Source: the human T2T-CHM13v2.0 reference genome, Homo sapiens
Assembly: GCF_009914755.1 (NCBI RefSeq)
Contig: NC_060938.1
Direction: 5' to 3' (one strand)
Length of the DNA stretch: 64,000 bases
Positions 16,141 to 32,457 of this stretch are shown one piece after another. The position numbers and the translations under genes were made by a program. Within the stretch, counting starts at the first letter, position 1. Each line of letters begins with the position of its first letter. Under the pieces are notes generated by a model, which did no database searches, was not told where the DNA came from, and was given only the letters and a program-made list of their open reading frames with translations.

Positions 16141-17269
16141 CTACACAGGCAAAATGGTAATTTAGTGCAACTAAATTTATTTAATGCACAAAAAATACAC
16201 TCTTTAAAGGAAAAAGTACCCTTGGTACCAGTTCAAATAGTTATTTGATAGATTTCTTCAATTTTATACCAAATATATTTCTAGGTCTAACCCTTAATGT
16301 TTACATATCTAGCCACTGCTGACAAAATTATGCTTTTACTCTTTTACTGTTATTCTCTCCGCAATATTTTTAGCTGTAGAAAACTAGCTGTTATTACGGT
16401 CAACTAACCACAATCCAATTCTGGAACAACCAGGACATTTTAGACATCAGATAAAACTTCTAGATATATATATATTTATTACTGATGTAGACAAATGAAG
16501 GCAGTTCTTAATAAGAATTTCATATATATATAAATCAAATGCCTCAATTATTCCTCTATACTTATAAAAAAAAGCCTAAAGCAACATAAGCTGACATTAT
16601 ATGAACAAAAGAGATCTTCAGACTTAAAACATGAAAAGATCCTAAACTGCATACAATACGACAGAAGCCCTTTTGTATCTCTGGGCAGTAATTTACAGCT
16701 TACTAGGTCAACCTTGCCACACTTTTCATAATAAGGACTCTGTTGGGCATGATCCTACGTGTGGTGCCCCTCCTCCAGGTGGAGGAATTGGGGCCATGTG
16801 GGCACTGTGCCTGTGGGCAGAGCAGGTCCTCTGCATTTATTTTCTTAGAGAAGTGGGCTAAGGCAGGAAGAAGTGGAAGGAAGAGGGAGGAAGAAGGGAA
16901 GACAAAAAAACAAAAACACTTTGGGAATGAAAAGGTGAGTCCCCCACTTCATCCCTACAAGGTGTCAATCCTCTACAGTTAATCTGTTTAAAAAGGCAAA
17001 TGCTTTCTGGGATGTTTAAGTCCAGTCTCTCTGTTAAATGCTTTAATCAGACCATTATTGAGTTAGTTTGAATTCTGGCCCAGATCAATATTCACACTCT
17101 ATGGCATTTACCACCTAATTCTATTGTAATCCACCCACTAGAAGAAGGGAGCTTTAAGGGAAGGGCTCTTGTACTCCGTATGTTATTCAGTTCAGTACTC
17201 TGGGAACTGGATTAGTACCAACACACAATGTGCAAGAGATCAGTGAAAGACTAATAATCCTGAGAAGGA

Positions 17270-18290
17270 GCGCCAACATTTATTAAGGACTTGCCGATGC
17301 CCGGCTCTGCACTAAACATATCGATTCACTTAATCCTCAAAACAGCCAGTGAAGCTGGTGCTTTTAGCAATTCTACTTCACCCATGAGGAAATGTGTTCA
17401 GAATAGTTACAGAACTGGCCCAAAGACTGAGGCAAGAAGCAGCAGAACTGATTCAAATGCAAGGAGTGTGACTCCAGGGACCACACTCTGAACCATAAAT
17501 GAACAAAAAAGTGATTCCTCACAAGCGCTAGTAATCAGACATTCTGGATCTTAATATAACCAGTACTGTAAACGTACTGAACACATTCCAGGGCACAGAA
17601 AAAGTTCACAAAGGTTTGTGTATTAGCTCATCGGAAATCCAATAATTATAGGTTGAGACCTTAGTAAGGCAGAAGTGAATCAACAAGATGAAATGACAAC
17701 TTTTGGAACCTAACAAATTAGGGTATACAAATAAAAAAATGTTTATCTATTCAGAAGCAACAAAATGAAGCTAGAAAATATTATGCACTACACCTTCCAA
17801 CAGGGAAAGCCACTATATAAACTCAGGAGAAGGTAAAGTCTTCCACAAGCAGCCCTGAAACTTCTGTGTTCCTTACATACACATGGCACTTACTCTAAAT
17901 TCTTGTTATCCCAGGTTCCTAACTCCAGAGCACTATGGTTTTTAGAAATTAGGGAATCCATCTATGCTCTCAAAACCAGGAATTCTTTCCACAAGATCAC
18001 CAAACATGGCTGTTCAGCTTCTTCCTAGTACATCTGTCCGCAACATAGGTGTTGACCATGTGACACACAGGCTGCTGGGTGTTCGAACCTAACATCTGAG
18101 TACTTGTCAGGCACTTATGATATAAACTCATTCGATTCTTACAACATTCCTATAAGGAGGTGAGAACTATTATCTCCATTTTATAAATGAAGAAACTGAA
18201 GTATAGAAGAGTTGGGTCACTTGTCCTAGATCACACTTGCCATTCAGTCTGACTCCTGGGCCAGTCTTACCTGTGGTCTACCTGCTTCAC
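17270..18290 (-). mobile_element. Two MIR copies (about 17270-17490 and 18080-18290)
   Basis: MIR core, e.g. ctccattttataaatgaagaaactgaag...cacttgtcctagatcacac. Confidence 0.7.
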
Positions 18291-18469
18291 TTAAGTGAAT
18301 GACCTCATAGGCAAATAAATAGGGAACCAGAGATTAAATAGAAGTCACAATGCAAGTTAGGTGTTTTAACAGTGAATGGACCCAGTGCTCCCTCTTCCAA
18401 GAGGAGGAAGTTTTGCAAAACGGCCCATTTTATTGATGGGAGGCTCTGTTTGAAAATCTTCCTTATATT

Positions 18470-18754
<285 letters not shown>

Positions 18755-19891
18755 AAAATCTTCTTTATATTGACTGGAAGCAGGCCATTTTATAATTTTC
18801 ATTTGTCCTTCTATATCCTCTGGACTTAAAAAAGAGTATCACTCTTCTTCTATAAGATAATCTTTTAAATATTTAAAAGCACTATCATGTAATCTCCATA
18901 CTCTTTCCTCCTTAAACCAATCTCAAAGTAAGATGACTCCGAGACCTCTCACCACTAGGAGGTCCCACTGATATGTTGTGTGGGGTTGTAAATATTTTTT
19001 TCTTTGATTTCTTTCTGTTACTTTAAAAACTATTGTATTTCACTCAAAATATGCATGAAGTAGCATAGGATGTCAATATATATGATCAAATAATATAAAA
19101 TCATCCTGATTGCTATGTTACAATCTATATGGTCAAATAATACGCAATCATCCTTGCCATGTGATAACATCAAGAAGTTTCCCAATAATATGAATTAAAG
19201 ACCACGTACTCTGCCAACGCAATTGTGTTCATCTATCAGACAATGTCAGGGAAAAACTATAATGAAGCTCACAAATATTTTGTTTTTACTTTTATAATTG
19301 CCATGATTAACATTTAAGCTACAATGCTTCACCACATGGTAAGTGCCAGTGGATGCTTATTACCAACATTCAAGGAGTGCCTTACGACATTCCAAACAAT
19401 AAGTATTTCAGATAACGATCTTACTTCTAAGAAGGCTGTGTAACTAAAACATAGTTGCCTCCAAACAGTTTTGTTTTTGAAGCACCCATAAAGCTGTTTA
19501 TCACATTGCCAAATGGGAAGAAAACACATTCCATACTGGAGAGAACTTAAAGAAGCCACCTTACCTGGTTAAGCTGGTTTATAGCTCAGAGCAGAGAAAG
19601 AAAGTAAAGTAGTCCTTCTGTTGAATAATGCTATCTATTCCAGACCACCTTTTTGTTCTCCAATATTTTAAGAGCGGCCATTGAAACTGGAACTGGTGGC
19701 AATATTCTTTTCTTTTAGTTTGCAACTGGATGAATGACTGCCTGCAAGTGCAGCCAACTCCTGCCTTTCATTCACTATGTGTGCCCTGACATTATTAGAG
19801 TAATCTTATTTTTAAAGTAATTTTAAGAAACTGCAAAGACTACCACAGTGAAAATTCCTTTGGCAAAAAAAAAAAAAGATAAACAAAATAG

Positions 19892-20057
19892 GGACTGGGT
19901 TCAGTGGCTCATGCCTGTAATGCCAATACTTTGGGGGTCTGAGATAGAAGGATCACTTGAGGCTAGAAGTTTGAGACAGCAGTGAGCCATGATTGCACCA
20001 CTGCACTACAGCCTGTGTGACAGAGCATGATCCTGTCTCCAAAGGAAGAAAAAAAAG
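19892..20057 (+). mobile_element. Alu monomer (FRAM/FAM-like)
   Basis: Single arm containing the right-arm insert; TSD aaaaaaagataaa. Confidence 0.8.
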
Positions 20058-20274
20058 ATAAAACAATAGTACTTCCTGCTTGGATGGAGCTGCTTAAAGA
20101 AACTACCTTCATGCCTTACTAGGTATGACTCTCTAATTTCTGCATCAACATGCAATGGCATCAAATGCTCAATTAGCAATCCTCACAGAAGTCGTGTCTA
20201 CCGCTGTTAATCTTATCAACTACATCAGAGCCAAGGTCTTTTCAAGATACTCTGTTAAGAAATATAAGCAAGGG

Positions 20275-20885
<611 letters not shown>

Positions 20886-20896
20886 TATGAGCAAAG

Positions 20897-21762
<866 letters not shown>

Positions 21763-22526
21763 TAGTCCTGCAGTGTTTGACTGAACTTGAGGTAGAGGTT
21801 CTACTTTTTGAGACTGAGGGAAAGTACATTCTAAGAACAAATGACAGGAAGGATTACTTACTGATTTAGCTTGGCTGATATTTGAGACCAAATGAATGAC
21901 GTAAATCTTTCAATTCATGGCCCTACAGACACCATTCTGAATGCTGCTGAAAACCTATGTGCTCTTTTAGCTAAACAGCCATTTCAGAAGAGAGAACTGG
22001 ATCAACTATGTAAATTTTTCCAAAGCTGGATATACATTTCTATAGGTTGGAAGAACACTGCAGACATCTTATGAAGGTCGCTTCTGTTCAAACTGAAATG
22101 TGGATTTATAATTCTATTCTACCTGATGTAGACAGCAAAACGTTGACAATCTTTGCTGATAATGATTTCAGTGGCTTGACGATAAGAAATAATATATACT
22201 GAACCAAAGGAAGTGTCATAGAAAAATTTCTGGTTCCTTGGAGTAGGTTTCTTTTCAGCTTGCTTTTCCAAATGTGTGGCTCTTATTCCATTTGCCACAA
22301 TTATTGTGAACCAGGTTTTAAGCACTTATGGCTATAATAAAGAAAAGTTAAAAATGACTGACAGTTTTAAAACAAGAAGACATCCATGCTGCCATGTCAG
22401 AAACCACTGCACAATTCCAACTTATTTTTTAAGCCAAGCCAAAGCAGTCTTCTTGAGCATAAACTTATCTTTCATTTTATTTGCAAAATTTGAATTTATT
22501 AAACATGTTCATAAGTAGCCTTTAAT

Positions 22527-22825
<299 letters not shown>

Positions 22826-23349
22826 GCCTTTAATTTTTACATTAAAATGGTATGAGGTTAATTTGTTAGAAAATATTTTTAATTTGTAAAAACAATCAAT
22901 TTAAAATGTAACATAATTAAATGCATGCAAAATTTTGTGTGTGTACACGTTTACATGCATTATTCTGAAGGGGCAACCACGAGCCAGGAATAAGAGCCAT
23001 TGTTCAGAGGCCCCTGCTTTATGTCCTTCCTTGTTGTGCTCAACTTGGACATGCTGTTCTCACTAGGACCTGAATGGCTCAACCAAGGTGAGAGCAATGT
23101 TTTCTTTCACTCAAACTTTTGTTAATGCAGCTTAAAATTATACCTTGAATAGAATGTTTACTAGCCATGCTGCACTTTGGGTTCATAACAAACTTATTAA
23201 CTATTGAACTTGAACTACCACTTAAAAAATATAGTAGAAATGCTCTTAAGTGACTTATACTTAGCCAGCTCCTAAGACCAACTTAGTCTTATACTCCCCT
23301 TTCCCTCTGAAAACACCCACTGCACACTGACAATCTATGACTAGTTTAC

Positions 23350-23840
23350 ATGTGTATTTCTGCACCCATGCAGTTCCATGCCAGTCACTGATACTTGTTG
23401 CTTTGCCTATTTCTACTTGTTGTATCTGTTATTCTTATTATGTAAATTCATTAAATATTACATGAACCACTGAAATGTGCATGCCAAAGAGAAAAATGAG
23501 GATGAATGCTTTGAAAGGACTAGATAAAAGCAAAACACTTTAAAGAAAGGAACTGCTGAAAAATTAGGTGTGAGTGAAACAACTATAAAAGGCTAGGGGG
23601 AGTATTCAGACTACTTAAAATCTGGCTAGTTCTCACTCTAAAGAACCTGAAACTGTTATTTTTAGATGATGGATTCAACCGTGGTTTATGCAAAATAAAC
23701 TGTTTATTAACCTACATTCAGAGTCCTGTGCTTACATCCAAAGATTCACAAGTGAAGTACTCTTATACATTTTAAGTAAAAAATGTTCAAAAAATATATA
23801 ATGATTTTTAAATGATTCACACTTGAACCAACTTTTTAAA
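23350..23840 (+). mobile_element. TcMar-Tigger fossil with remnants of the CENP-B/psq HTH N-terminus
   Basis: Fragments read ...MNALKGLDK...EKLGVSETTIK...LDD...WFMQ, typical of pogo/Tigger HTH domains. Confidence 0.6.
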
Positions 23841-24175
23841 ATTACCTACACATACCAACTGTGTCATACGAGAGAATTTCTACTAACTGAAGAATCATAT
23901 TAATCACTCCTAAAATTAATCTTTCCAGATTACTGGAATCTTGTGAAATGGTGACTTGGTCATCCACCACACTAGCTATGCCTCCAGGTGTGCTTATTTC
24001 AATCTGGTAAACATGATTACCAGAGCATCTTACTAAAAAAAAAAAATACGTTAAAATAAGAATCAAAAGAAGACTAAGATGCATATTCATAAATAATTCT
24101 CTATTTATATCTCAAAAGACAAGCTGTTTGCCTAACTAAATAGTGATGTCTTAACTGCTGGAGTTAATGACCACC

Positions 24176-24576
24176 TGTAGTGGGTGCTGATGGTGTTCTG
24201 CCAGGTCCCCTTTACAGGCCGGTGCATCTATTCTCCAGCTGCTGTGAGTGTTGGCTGCTGGAGAAAGGCCTCAGGTAGACAGGGGCCACCACACCTGGAA
24301 GGTTACATGCCATCATTCTCTACTCCACCCTCACTCAAGCAGCCTGCAGCCAATGACTAACACAGGTATGAAAGGCCTGCCTCTTTGCTCTTGCTCCAAA
24401 ACTTCCCATGAGTCCAGGCTGAATCCAGACCACTGCTTAGACCACATGCCTGTTTAGGCTAGTCTCCTGACCACCCTCCTTCCCTCACTCTTGTTCTCCT
24501 GAGAGTGCTCCTGCAGTAAATCACATAAATCCAAATCCATGTCCCGGGATCTGCTTCTAGCTAACATGACCTAACA
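24176..24576 (+). mobile_element. LTR16-family (ERVL) solo LTR
   Basis: tgtagtgggtgctg start; cagccaatgact..ggtatgaaaggcc; end tctgcttctag...gacctaa. Confidence 0.75.
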
Positions 24577-25269
24577 TAGTATCAATAATAAATAAAATTG
24601 TATTTACACTAGAGAGACAATGTCATTTGACACCTTCATATGGAATCATCTTTTTATTATGGCATAAAACATCACAAACATTTAACCTCTAAGACTTACA
24701 TAAACATTGTAGGCTTACACTGAAGCATAAGGTATAGTGGGTATACACATACACAAATGCAAAATTATAAATTTTTTGAATGACAATTTTGACAATTTAA
24801 TGAATACATGCTTTTAAAGGTATTATTTTAATACGGATACTTTCCAAACACTTAAAAGAATAAAATGACAAATGATGACTAAGTCATCATACTTTTTAAA
24901 ACACTCTTTTAAATGACTCAACCAAAGTATTTTTCCCTCTATCATGTCATCAAAAAGTAGCAATGTCTTTAAGTTGCCTAGTGCAATTTACAGCATCCTC
25001 TAGTAACAAATTACCCATGAGAAACAAGTATGTCTCATTTAATAAATGAAATGTGTTACTCTAAATCTGTAGTAAAAAAAAGATTGGAGGGAAAAAAAGC
25101 TATCTTATCAGGAATATTCATAGAGTCTGGGACCAATGAGTAAAGAAATATCACAAATTACATTTCAAGATGGCACTGAAGGCTGGGGAAAGCAGCCCAA
25201 AGACCGCCTCAACTGGAAAAACAGTATTTCCACAGAGCAAACTTACAAGATCTGCTGTTGATTAGATGA

Positions 25270-25311
25270 CAGCAGCAGCAGCAACAACAACAACAACAAC
25301 AACAACAACAA
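25270..25311 (+). repeat. Compound STR (CAG)4(CAA)10
   Basis: Read directly. Confidence 0.95.
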
Positions 25312-26117
25312 AGGATATCCACATAAGGAAAAAGTGAACTTCTTAAAGAGGACACCAGGGACCAAGGTAGACACAAATGGTTACTGCTCATTAGACACTA
25401 TCATAAGCAAGGCCCTCTGAATTTCTATACTTTGCCAGCACTCACTCCAAGGTTTCATAAACTCACAAATAACTCTGCATTACATGAAGACCAGCTCCAT
25501 ACTATTCCATTTACAAGGTTCTATGTTGTATGGTGTGTGTGTGTGTATAACATATACATACTTAATACTCACTACTCTTATCTCCAGCACCCAGAACAGT
25601 GTCTGCCTCTTGGTAAATACAAATGAATGAATGAATCCCAAGACCAACGGGAATGAACTGAAAGGTTTTAAATTGAGAAGCGACATAATCAAATTTGCCC
25701 ATCAGAAAAATCATTCTGGCTCTAGAATGGAAATAAATGCATCAGCAAGGCCTGAAACCAGGAAGACCTTTGGTGGTTGTTATTTCTCTATTTACTGCAG
25801 GACACATTTTAGGCTTTACAAAAAATACTCATTAAGAAATGACATTCACTTATGTATAAAGCTAAGCTGAAAGCTTGGTAATGTATTACATCAGCTCTTT
25901 TAGAAGCTGAACTACATTCCCTTTCAGCTTCCCCAATAATAGCTAAAACTGAAAAACAAAATAGCTAAAACTTACATAGCATTTATTATGTGTCAGGCAA
26001 TCAAAACATTTTATTACTCATATCATGTATATCTTAGGAGAGGAATGTTAACCTATACTACACTAAGATGGTTCAGAATCTAAGATGCTTGAATACATTT
26101 GTTTGATACAAATAAGA

Positions 26118-26421
26118 GGCTGGGCATGGTGGCTCACACCTATAATCCCAGCACTTTGGGAGGCCGAGGCGGGTGCATCACCTGAGGTCAGGTGAGACCA
26201 GCCTGGCCAACTTGGTGAAACGCCGTCTCTACTAAAAATACAAAAATTAGCCAGGCATGGTGGCGGGCGTCTGTAATCCTAGCTACTCAGGAGGCTGAGG
26301 CAGGAGCATTGCTTGAATCCGGGAGGCGGAGGTTGCAGTGAGCTGAGATCATGCCACTGCACTCCAGTCTGTGCAACAGAGCAAGACTCCATCTCAAAAA
26401 AATAAATAAATAAATAAATAA
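26118..26421 (+). mobile_element. AluS with (TAAA)n tail
   Basis: Full dimer. Confidence 0.93.
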
Positions 26422-27752
26422 CAAAGAAATATAATCTTTCCATTTGACATGTTATGCTTAAGGTAACATACAAATCAACTTCTTGTAAATGCTAACAAAA
26501 TTGCAATTAGCAACATCTCATTTATGAGGTATTTTCTCACTTGTTAAATTTTTATTAAAAATATCACTTTAGTTGAAATTACTCCCAGAGATGCTAATAA
26601 AGTAAGTGACTATATAAAATAATAAATAAATAATCTCTTCTTATGAGTAAGTCCTAAATAATTTTGTTTTTTCAATTTAGGTTACAGCTTTACAATGGAG
26701 TTCCCTGTTCAATAACCATAACCCATGGTTATCTAGTAATTGGCAATTCATATCCATTATCTCATTAAACTTATAACAACATTGTGAGATAGGTATTATT
26801 ATAATAACTTATGCCAAAGGGACTTGGGCTCACAGAGTTCATATGATTAACTCAAGAAACTCAAGTAAACAACAAGAGTGTCAAGATGCAAACTTGAGTC
26901 TTCTACGTCATCCTCGATACTCAAGTACTCTACAACCGTGTGAAAGCACCAAAACCAGAAGAGTGAATCAACTTGGCTGCATCCTTTACTCTTACATGGC
27001 AAAATTTTTCTTTTTTCCTTTTTGTCATGGTAAGACAAGACATCAGCTCTTCAAAGTACATGACCATTTATGATAAAAAAAGAAAATTCAGAGAATACTA
27101 AAGTCTTTAGCTGAGACCTTCATGCTGCACTTCATTATTAGAATTACTGATAATGCACACCCACAGGTACATTTAAACATTTTCTTCTCCCATACTTGGA
27201 CAGATATCTCAAAGAAGGCAAAATGGTCAAAAGGAAGGCAGCAGAGAGATTAAAAAAGAAATAAAAATATAATCATTATTCCCCAAAATAACCCAAAATT
27301 TCATCATCAAACAAATTCTAAAAGATGAGCCAAAGATATTTCCTGGGCTTTTGGGTATCAATCTGAAGAATAATGCTAAAGACAACAGCATAAATGACAT
27401 ACTTGATAGACTATTATTATACTTCACACAATGCTGGATTATGGGCAGGTAGGGGGACAGGGCAACAGGGTTGGAAAAATATACAGGGATGATCGTAAGA
27501 GCTTACAATCCAGAGGAAAGATTGCAGATGTGAAGGAAAATTCAGAGAACAAGTCAGTGCTATGCTCTCTATGGAGGGCTCTCAGTGCAACAATTCAGAG
27601 AATAAAGCAATTTGGGCAGGATTTGGACAGGTGGAAAAAAAGATGAGCACTACCAATGGGGGGACAAGATAAGGCAGGGCATCAGAGGGTGGAAAAGTAC
27701 ACATAATTGTAGGCAAGTGAAGGAAAATAAAGTGGACTAGAAAGTAGGCGGA

Positions 27753-28629
27753 CAAATCAACAAGCAAAAAACAAACGATCCCATTAAAAAATGGGCAAAG
27801 GATATGAATAGATCCTTCTCAAAAGAAAACATACACATTGCCAACAAGCATATGAAAAAATGTTCAACATCACTAATCATCAGAGAAACGCAAATAAAAA
27901 CCACAATGAGATACCATCTCACACCAGTCAGAAGGGCTATTATTCAAAAGCCAAAAAATAACAGATACTGGTGAGGTTGTGGAGAAAACAAAATGTTTAT
28001 ACACTGCTAGTGGGAATGTAAATTACATCAGCCACTGTGGAAAGCAGTTGAAATTTTTCAAAGAACTTAAAACAGAAATACCACTCAACCCAGAAATCCC
28101 ATTACTGGGTATATACACAAAGGAATATAAATCATTCTACCAAAAAGACATATGTACTCATATGTTCATTGCATGTTCACTGCAGCACTATTCAAAATAG
28201 CAAAGACATGGAATCAACCTAGACGCCCATCAATGGTGGACTGGATAAAGAAAATATGGTACATGTACACCACAGAATACTATGCAGCCATTTTAAAAAA
28301 TGAAATCATGTCCTTTGCAGCAACACGGATACAGCTGGAGACCATTTTCCTAAGCAAACTGATGTAGGAAAAGAAAATGATCTCACTTATAAGTGGGAGC
28401 TAAATATTGAGTACACATGGAAATAAAAATGGAAAGAATAGATACTAGGGCCTACTTGAGGGGAGAGGGTAGGAGAAGGGTGATGGTTGAAAAACTACAT
28501 ATAGGGTACTATGCTCACTACCTAGGTGACAAAATCATTTTTACACCAAACACCAGCGACAGGCAATTTATTCAGGTAACAAACCTGAACATGTACCCCC
28601 AAACCTAAAATAAAAGTTGGGGAAAAAAA
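27753..28629 (+). mobile_element. 5'-truncated L1PA15/16-like element (ORF2 C-terminus and 3' UTR)
   Basis: ORF remnants (AKTWNQPRRPSMVDWIKKIWY); 3' UTR; TSD tagaaagtaggc(g/a)ga at 27738-27752 and 28630-28644. Confidence 0.9.
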
Positions 28630-28950
28630 TAGAAAGTAGGCAGAATATCAGGGTAAGCTGGGCGAAAAAAGACAGGGGAAACTGAAAGCAAGGCAAGAAT
28701 TTGGGCTTGAATAGTTAAATGGGAAAAAATGCAGTATATGTTCTTAAATAGAAAAACTGCACGAAAATGTTGTATTTTAGCAAGACTGTATATTACGTAT
28801 AACAGCATATGATATTAAAATGCACAAATGGAAGAGAGCCTACAGAAAGGCAGACAGGTTAAGACACCCCTTGAAAGAATCCATGCATAAGGTAAAATGA
28901 GTGATGGCACTTTCCGTTCTTAGGCCCAGAAAAGGTAAATCCAAGGATCA

Positions 28951-29374
<424 letters not shown>

Positions 29375-30744
29375 CTAGCTCAGAAAACTGATCAAGATTA
29401 GTGATAGGCCAAAGGAAACCAGATAGTTCAAGAGAAGCAAGTCAATCTGAGTAAAAAAGAGTTTTATGCATATTAGATGTATTTAAGTGTCAAAAAGTAA
29501 ATCTTTGATATTCAAATATTCCACAGTCTTCAAGATATTTGATGAATAGCATTTTTTTCTAGTTTAAATATATAGAAATTAATTCATCAGAAGAGTTTTC
29601 AGTTTCATTTCCAAAGAAAACCTTACATGACACATGAAGACATCTGATGAGGCTTTCCTATTATTCTAAGTAGTGCTGAAAAAAATTTATCTTAAAAAGG
29701 TAATGAAACTGAAAGATTAGTGGTAAAATTTTTGAATAAAAATTGAGATTTTATTATATTCATAATAAAAGCTTCCACCTACTCCATTTAGTCATCAAAA
29801 CTGTGATTTTTTAAAGGCAGATATACTTACAATGACATTTCTTAGTTATCCCATCTTCTCATAAGAGACTACACTGTCAGCTGGCAAAAAGGAAAAGCAG
29901 TCTCCATGGCTGACAACTGATCCATTATAAAACAGTGCACACACACAAAATGGAAATACAAAGGTAAAACATTACAGGTAAACTGTTTCCTTACCTTTAC
30001 AGAATTGTCTTCAAGGCCTGTAACCAAACTACTCAGTGCAGATGTATAATAGATAATGAGTCAAAGTATTCAATGTGTTGAAAGAAAATACACACAAGGT
30101 TTGACTATATAAATTTGATATTAAAAATTTCACATATATAAAATGGGCTGATAATCTGCCTTCTTTATACTGTCCTAGTGTGTTTTTTGGAATCAAGGTT
30201 ACACTGGACTCATACAATGAGTTGGAGGAAATAATCCCCCTTTTCCTGTTTTCTGAAAGAGTTTGTGGAAGATCAGAATTATCTATGCCTTGAATGTGTG
30301 GCAGAACTCATTCTTAAAACTGTACTGAGTGTCTTCCCAGCAAGAGGATTTTTGCTTACTGACCAATCTCTTTAACAGTTATAGGACTATGTAGGTTTCT
30401 CACACCTTTTTTCAATCAGTTTGGTAATTTACACATTTCAAGATTACTGTGCATGTTAAACTTTGAGGAACATTACTTCAGGAAACTAACTCCTGTCACC
30501 TCCCAAATTAAATGCTATTTTGTCCAATTTTTCAGTTTTCTTTTTTCAACTCCACAAATGAGACATCGTGACCAGAGCTTTACACAGTCAGTATGCTTTA
30601 GACTGTTTGTTCAGTAATTCTTTTTGCATCTCGGAAAATTCTCCAGGGATTATTTTCCTTCTTCCTAAAACTACTTCTTTTAAAATTCTCATAGGGGACC
30701 TATTGGTAGAAAACTCACTCAGCTTTTGTATGTTTGAAAATGTT

Positions 30745-31082
30745 GGCTGGGCGTGGTGGCTCACACCTGTAATCCCAACACTTTGGGAGGCCGAGGTGGG
30801 CAGATCATGAGGTCAGGAGTTCGAGATCGGCCTGGCTAATATGGTGAAACCCCATCTCTACTAAAAATACAAAAATTAGCCAGCCATGGTGGCATGAGCC
30901 TGTAGTCCCAGCTACTCAGGGGGCTGAGGCAGGAGAATCACTTGAACCCAGGAGGCGGAGGTTACAGTGAGCTAAGATCGTGCCACTGCACTCCAGCCTG
31001 GGTGACAGAGCAAGACTCCGTCTCAAAAAAAACAACAAGACAGAGCAAGACTCCGTCTCAAAAAGAACAACAACAACAACAA
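30745..31082 (+). mobile_element. AluS with duplicated 3' end
   Basis: 35-nt tandem copy of gacagagcaagactccgtctcaaaaa.aacaacaa. Confidence 0.92.
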
Positions 31083-31494
31083 GTGTCTTTTTGCCACACT
31101 TAGGGAAAACAGTTTTGCTGAGTATACAAGTGTAGATTAACAGTTATTTTCTCTGGGCATTTTGAAGATATTATTCCACTTTACATGGCTTCCAGGGTTG
31201 CTGTTGTAAAGTCCACTGTTAAACTAATTGTTGTTCCTTTATAAATAAGTCTTTTCTCTTTGACTGCTTTTCAGGTATTTCTCTGTCTCATGTTCATCAG
31301 TTTCTCTCTGATGTATCTACATAAGAATTTCTTTATACTTGTATGCAAGTACTTGTATTTGCTCTCTGCAAATTCACGTTTAATCCTGTAAACTCCCAGC
31401 TATTATTTCTTTGAACAGTGCCTCTACTCATTCTATAAGCTCCTTCTGAAAGTCTGATTAGAAAAATGTTGTATCTTCTCTATCTATTCTCTAT

Positions 31495-31759
31495 TTTTTT
31501 TTTTTTGAGACAACCCAGGCTGGAGTGTAGTGATGTGATCATAACTCACCGTGGCCTTAACCTCCCAGGCTCAGACAACCCTCTCACCTCAGCCTCCTGA
31601 ATGGCTAGGACTACAGTCATGCATGCACCACCATGCCCAGCTAAGTTAGTTTGTTTTTCTAGAGGCAGGGTCTCACTATGTTGCCCAGACAGATGGGGAT
31701 TCTCCCACCTCAGCTTCCCAAAGTGCTGGGATTACAGCTGTGAGCCACCACACCCGGCC
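31495..31759 (-). mobile_element. AluJ, degenerate
   Basis: Reverse Alu motifs. Confidence 0.85.
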
Positions 31760-32084
31760 TATCCTCTATATCTTAATAGTCCTCTCATATGCTATCTCTT
31801 TTTTCTCCATTCTATATTCTGCATATTTTCTTCAAATCTATCTTCCAATCCACAATAATTTTCTCTTTAGCTATATCTCATCTACCAGTAAAGCATCCAT
31901 TAAGTTTATACTTTGAATTGTTTTTTTTTCACTCCTAGAAGGACTACTGGTTCTTTCTCCAATCTGTCTGGTCATTTTTTTAGCATGTATTATTCCGTAA
32001 TATTACAATCAAATCTCTTCTTAATTAAAAACATACACATTTATATTTTATATCTAATAATTCCAACAGTCTCTTTAGGTCTAA

Positions 32085-32457
<373 letters not shown>

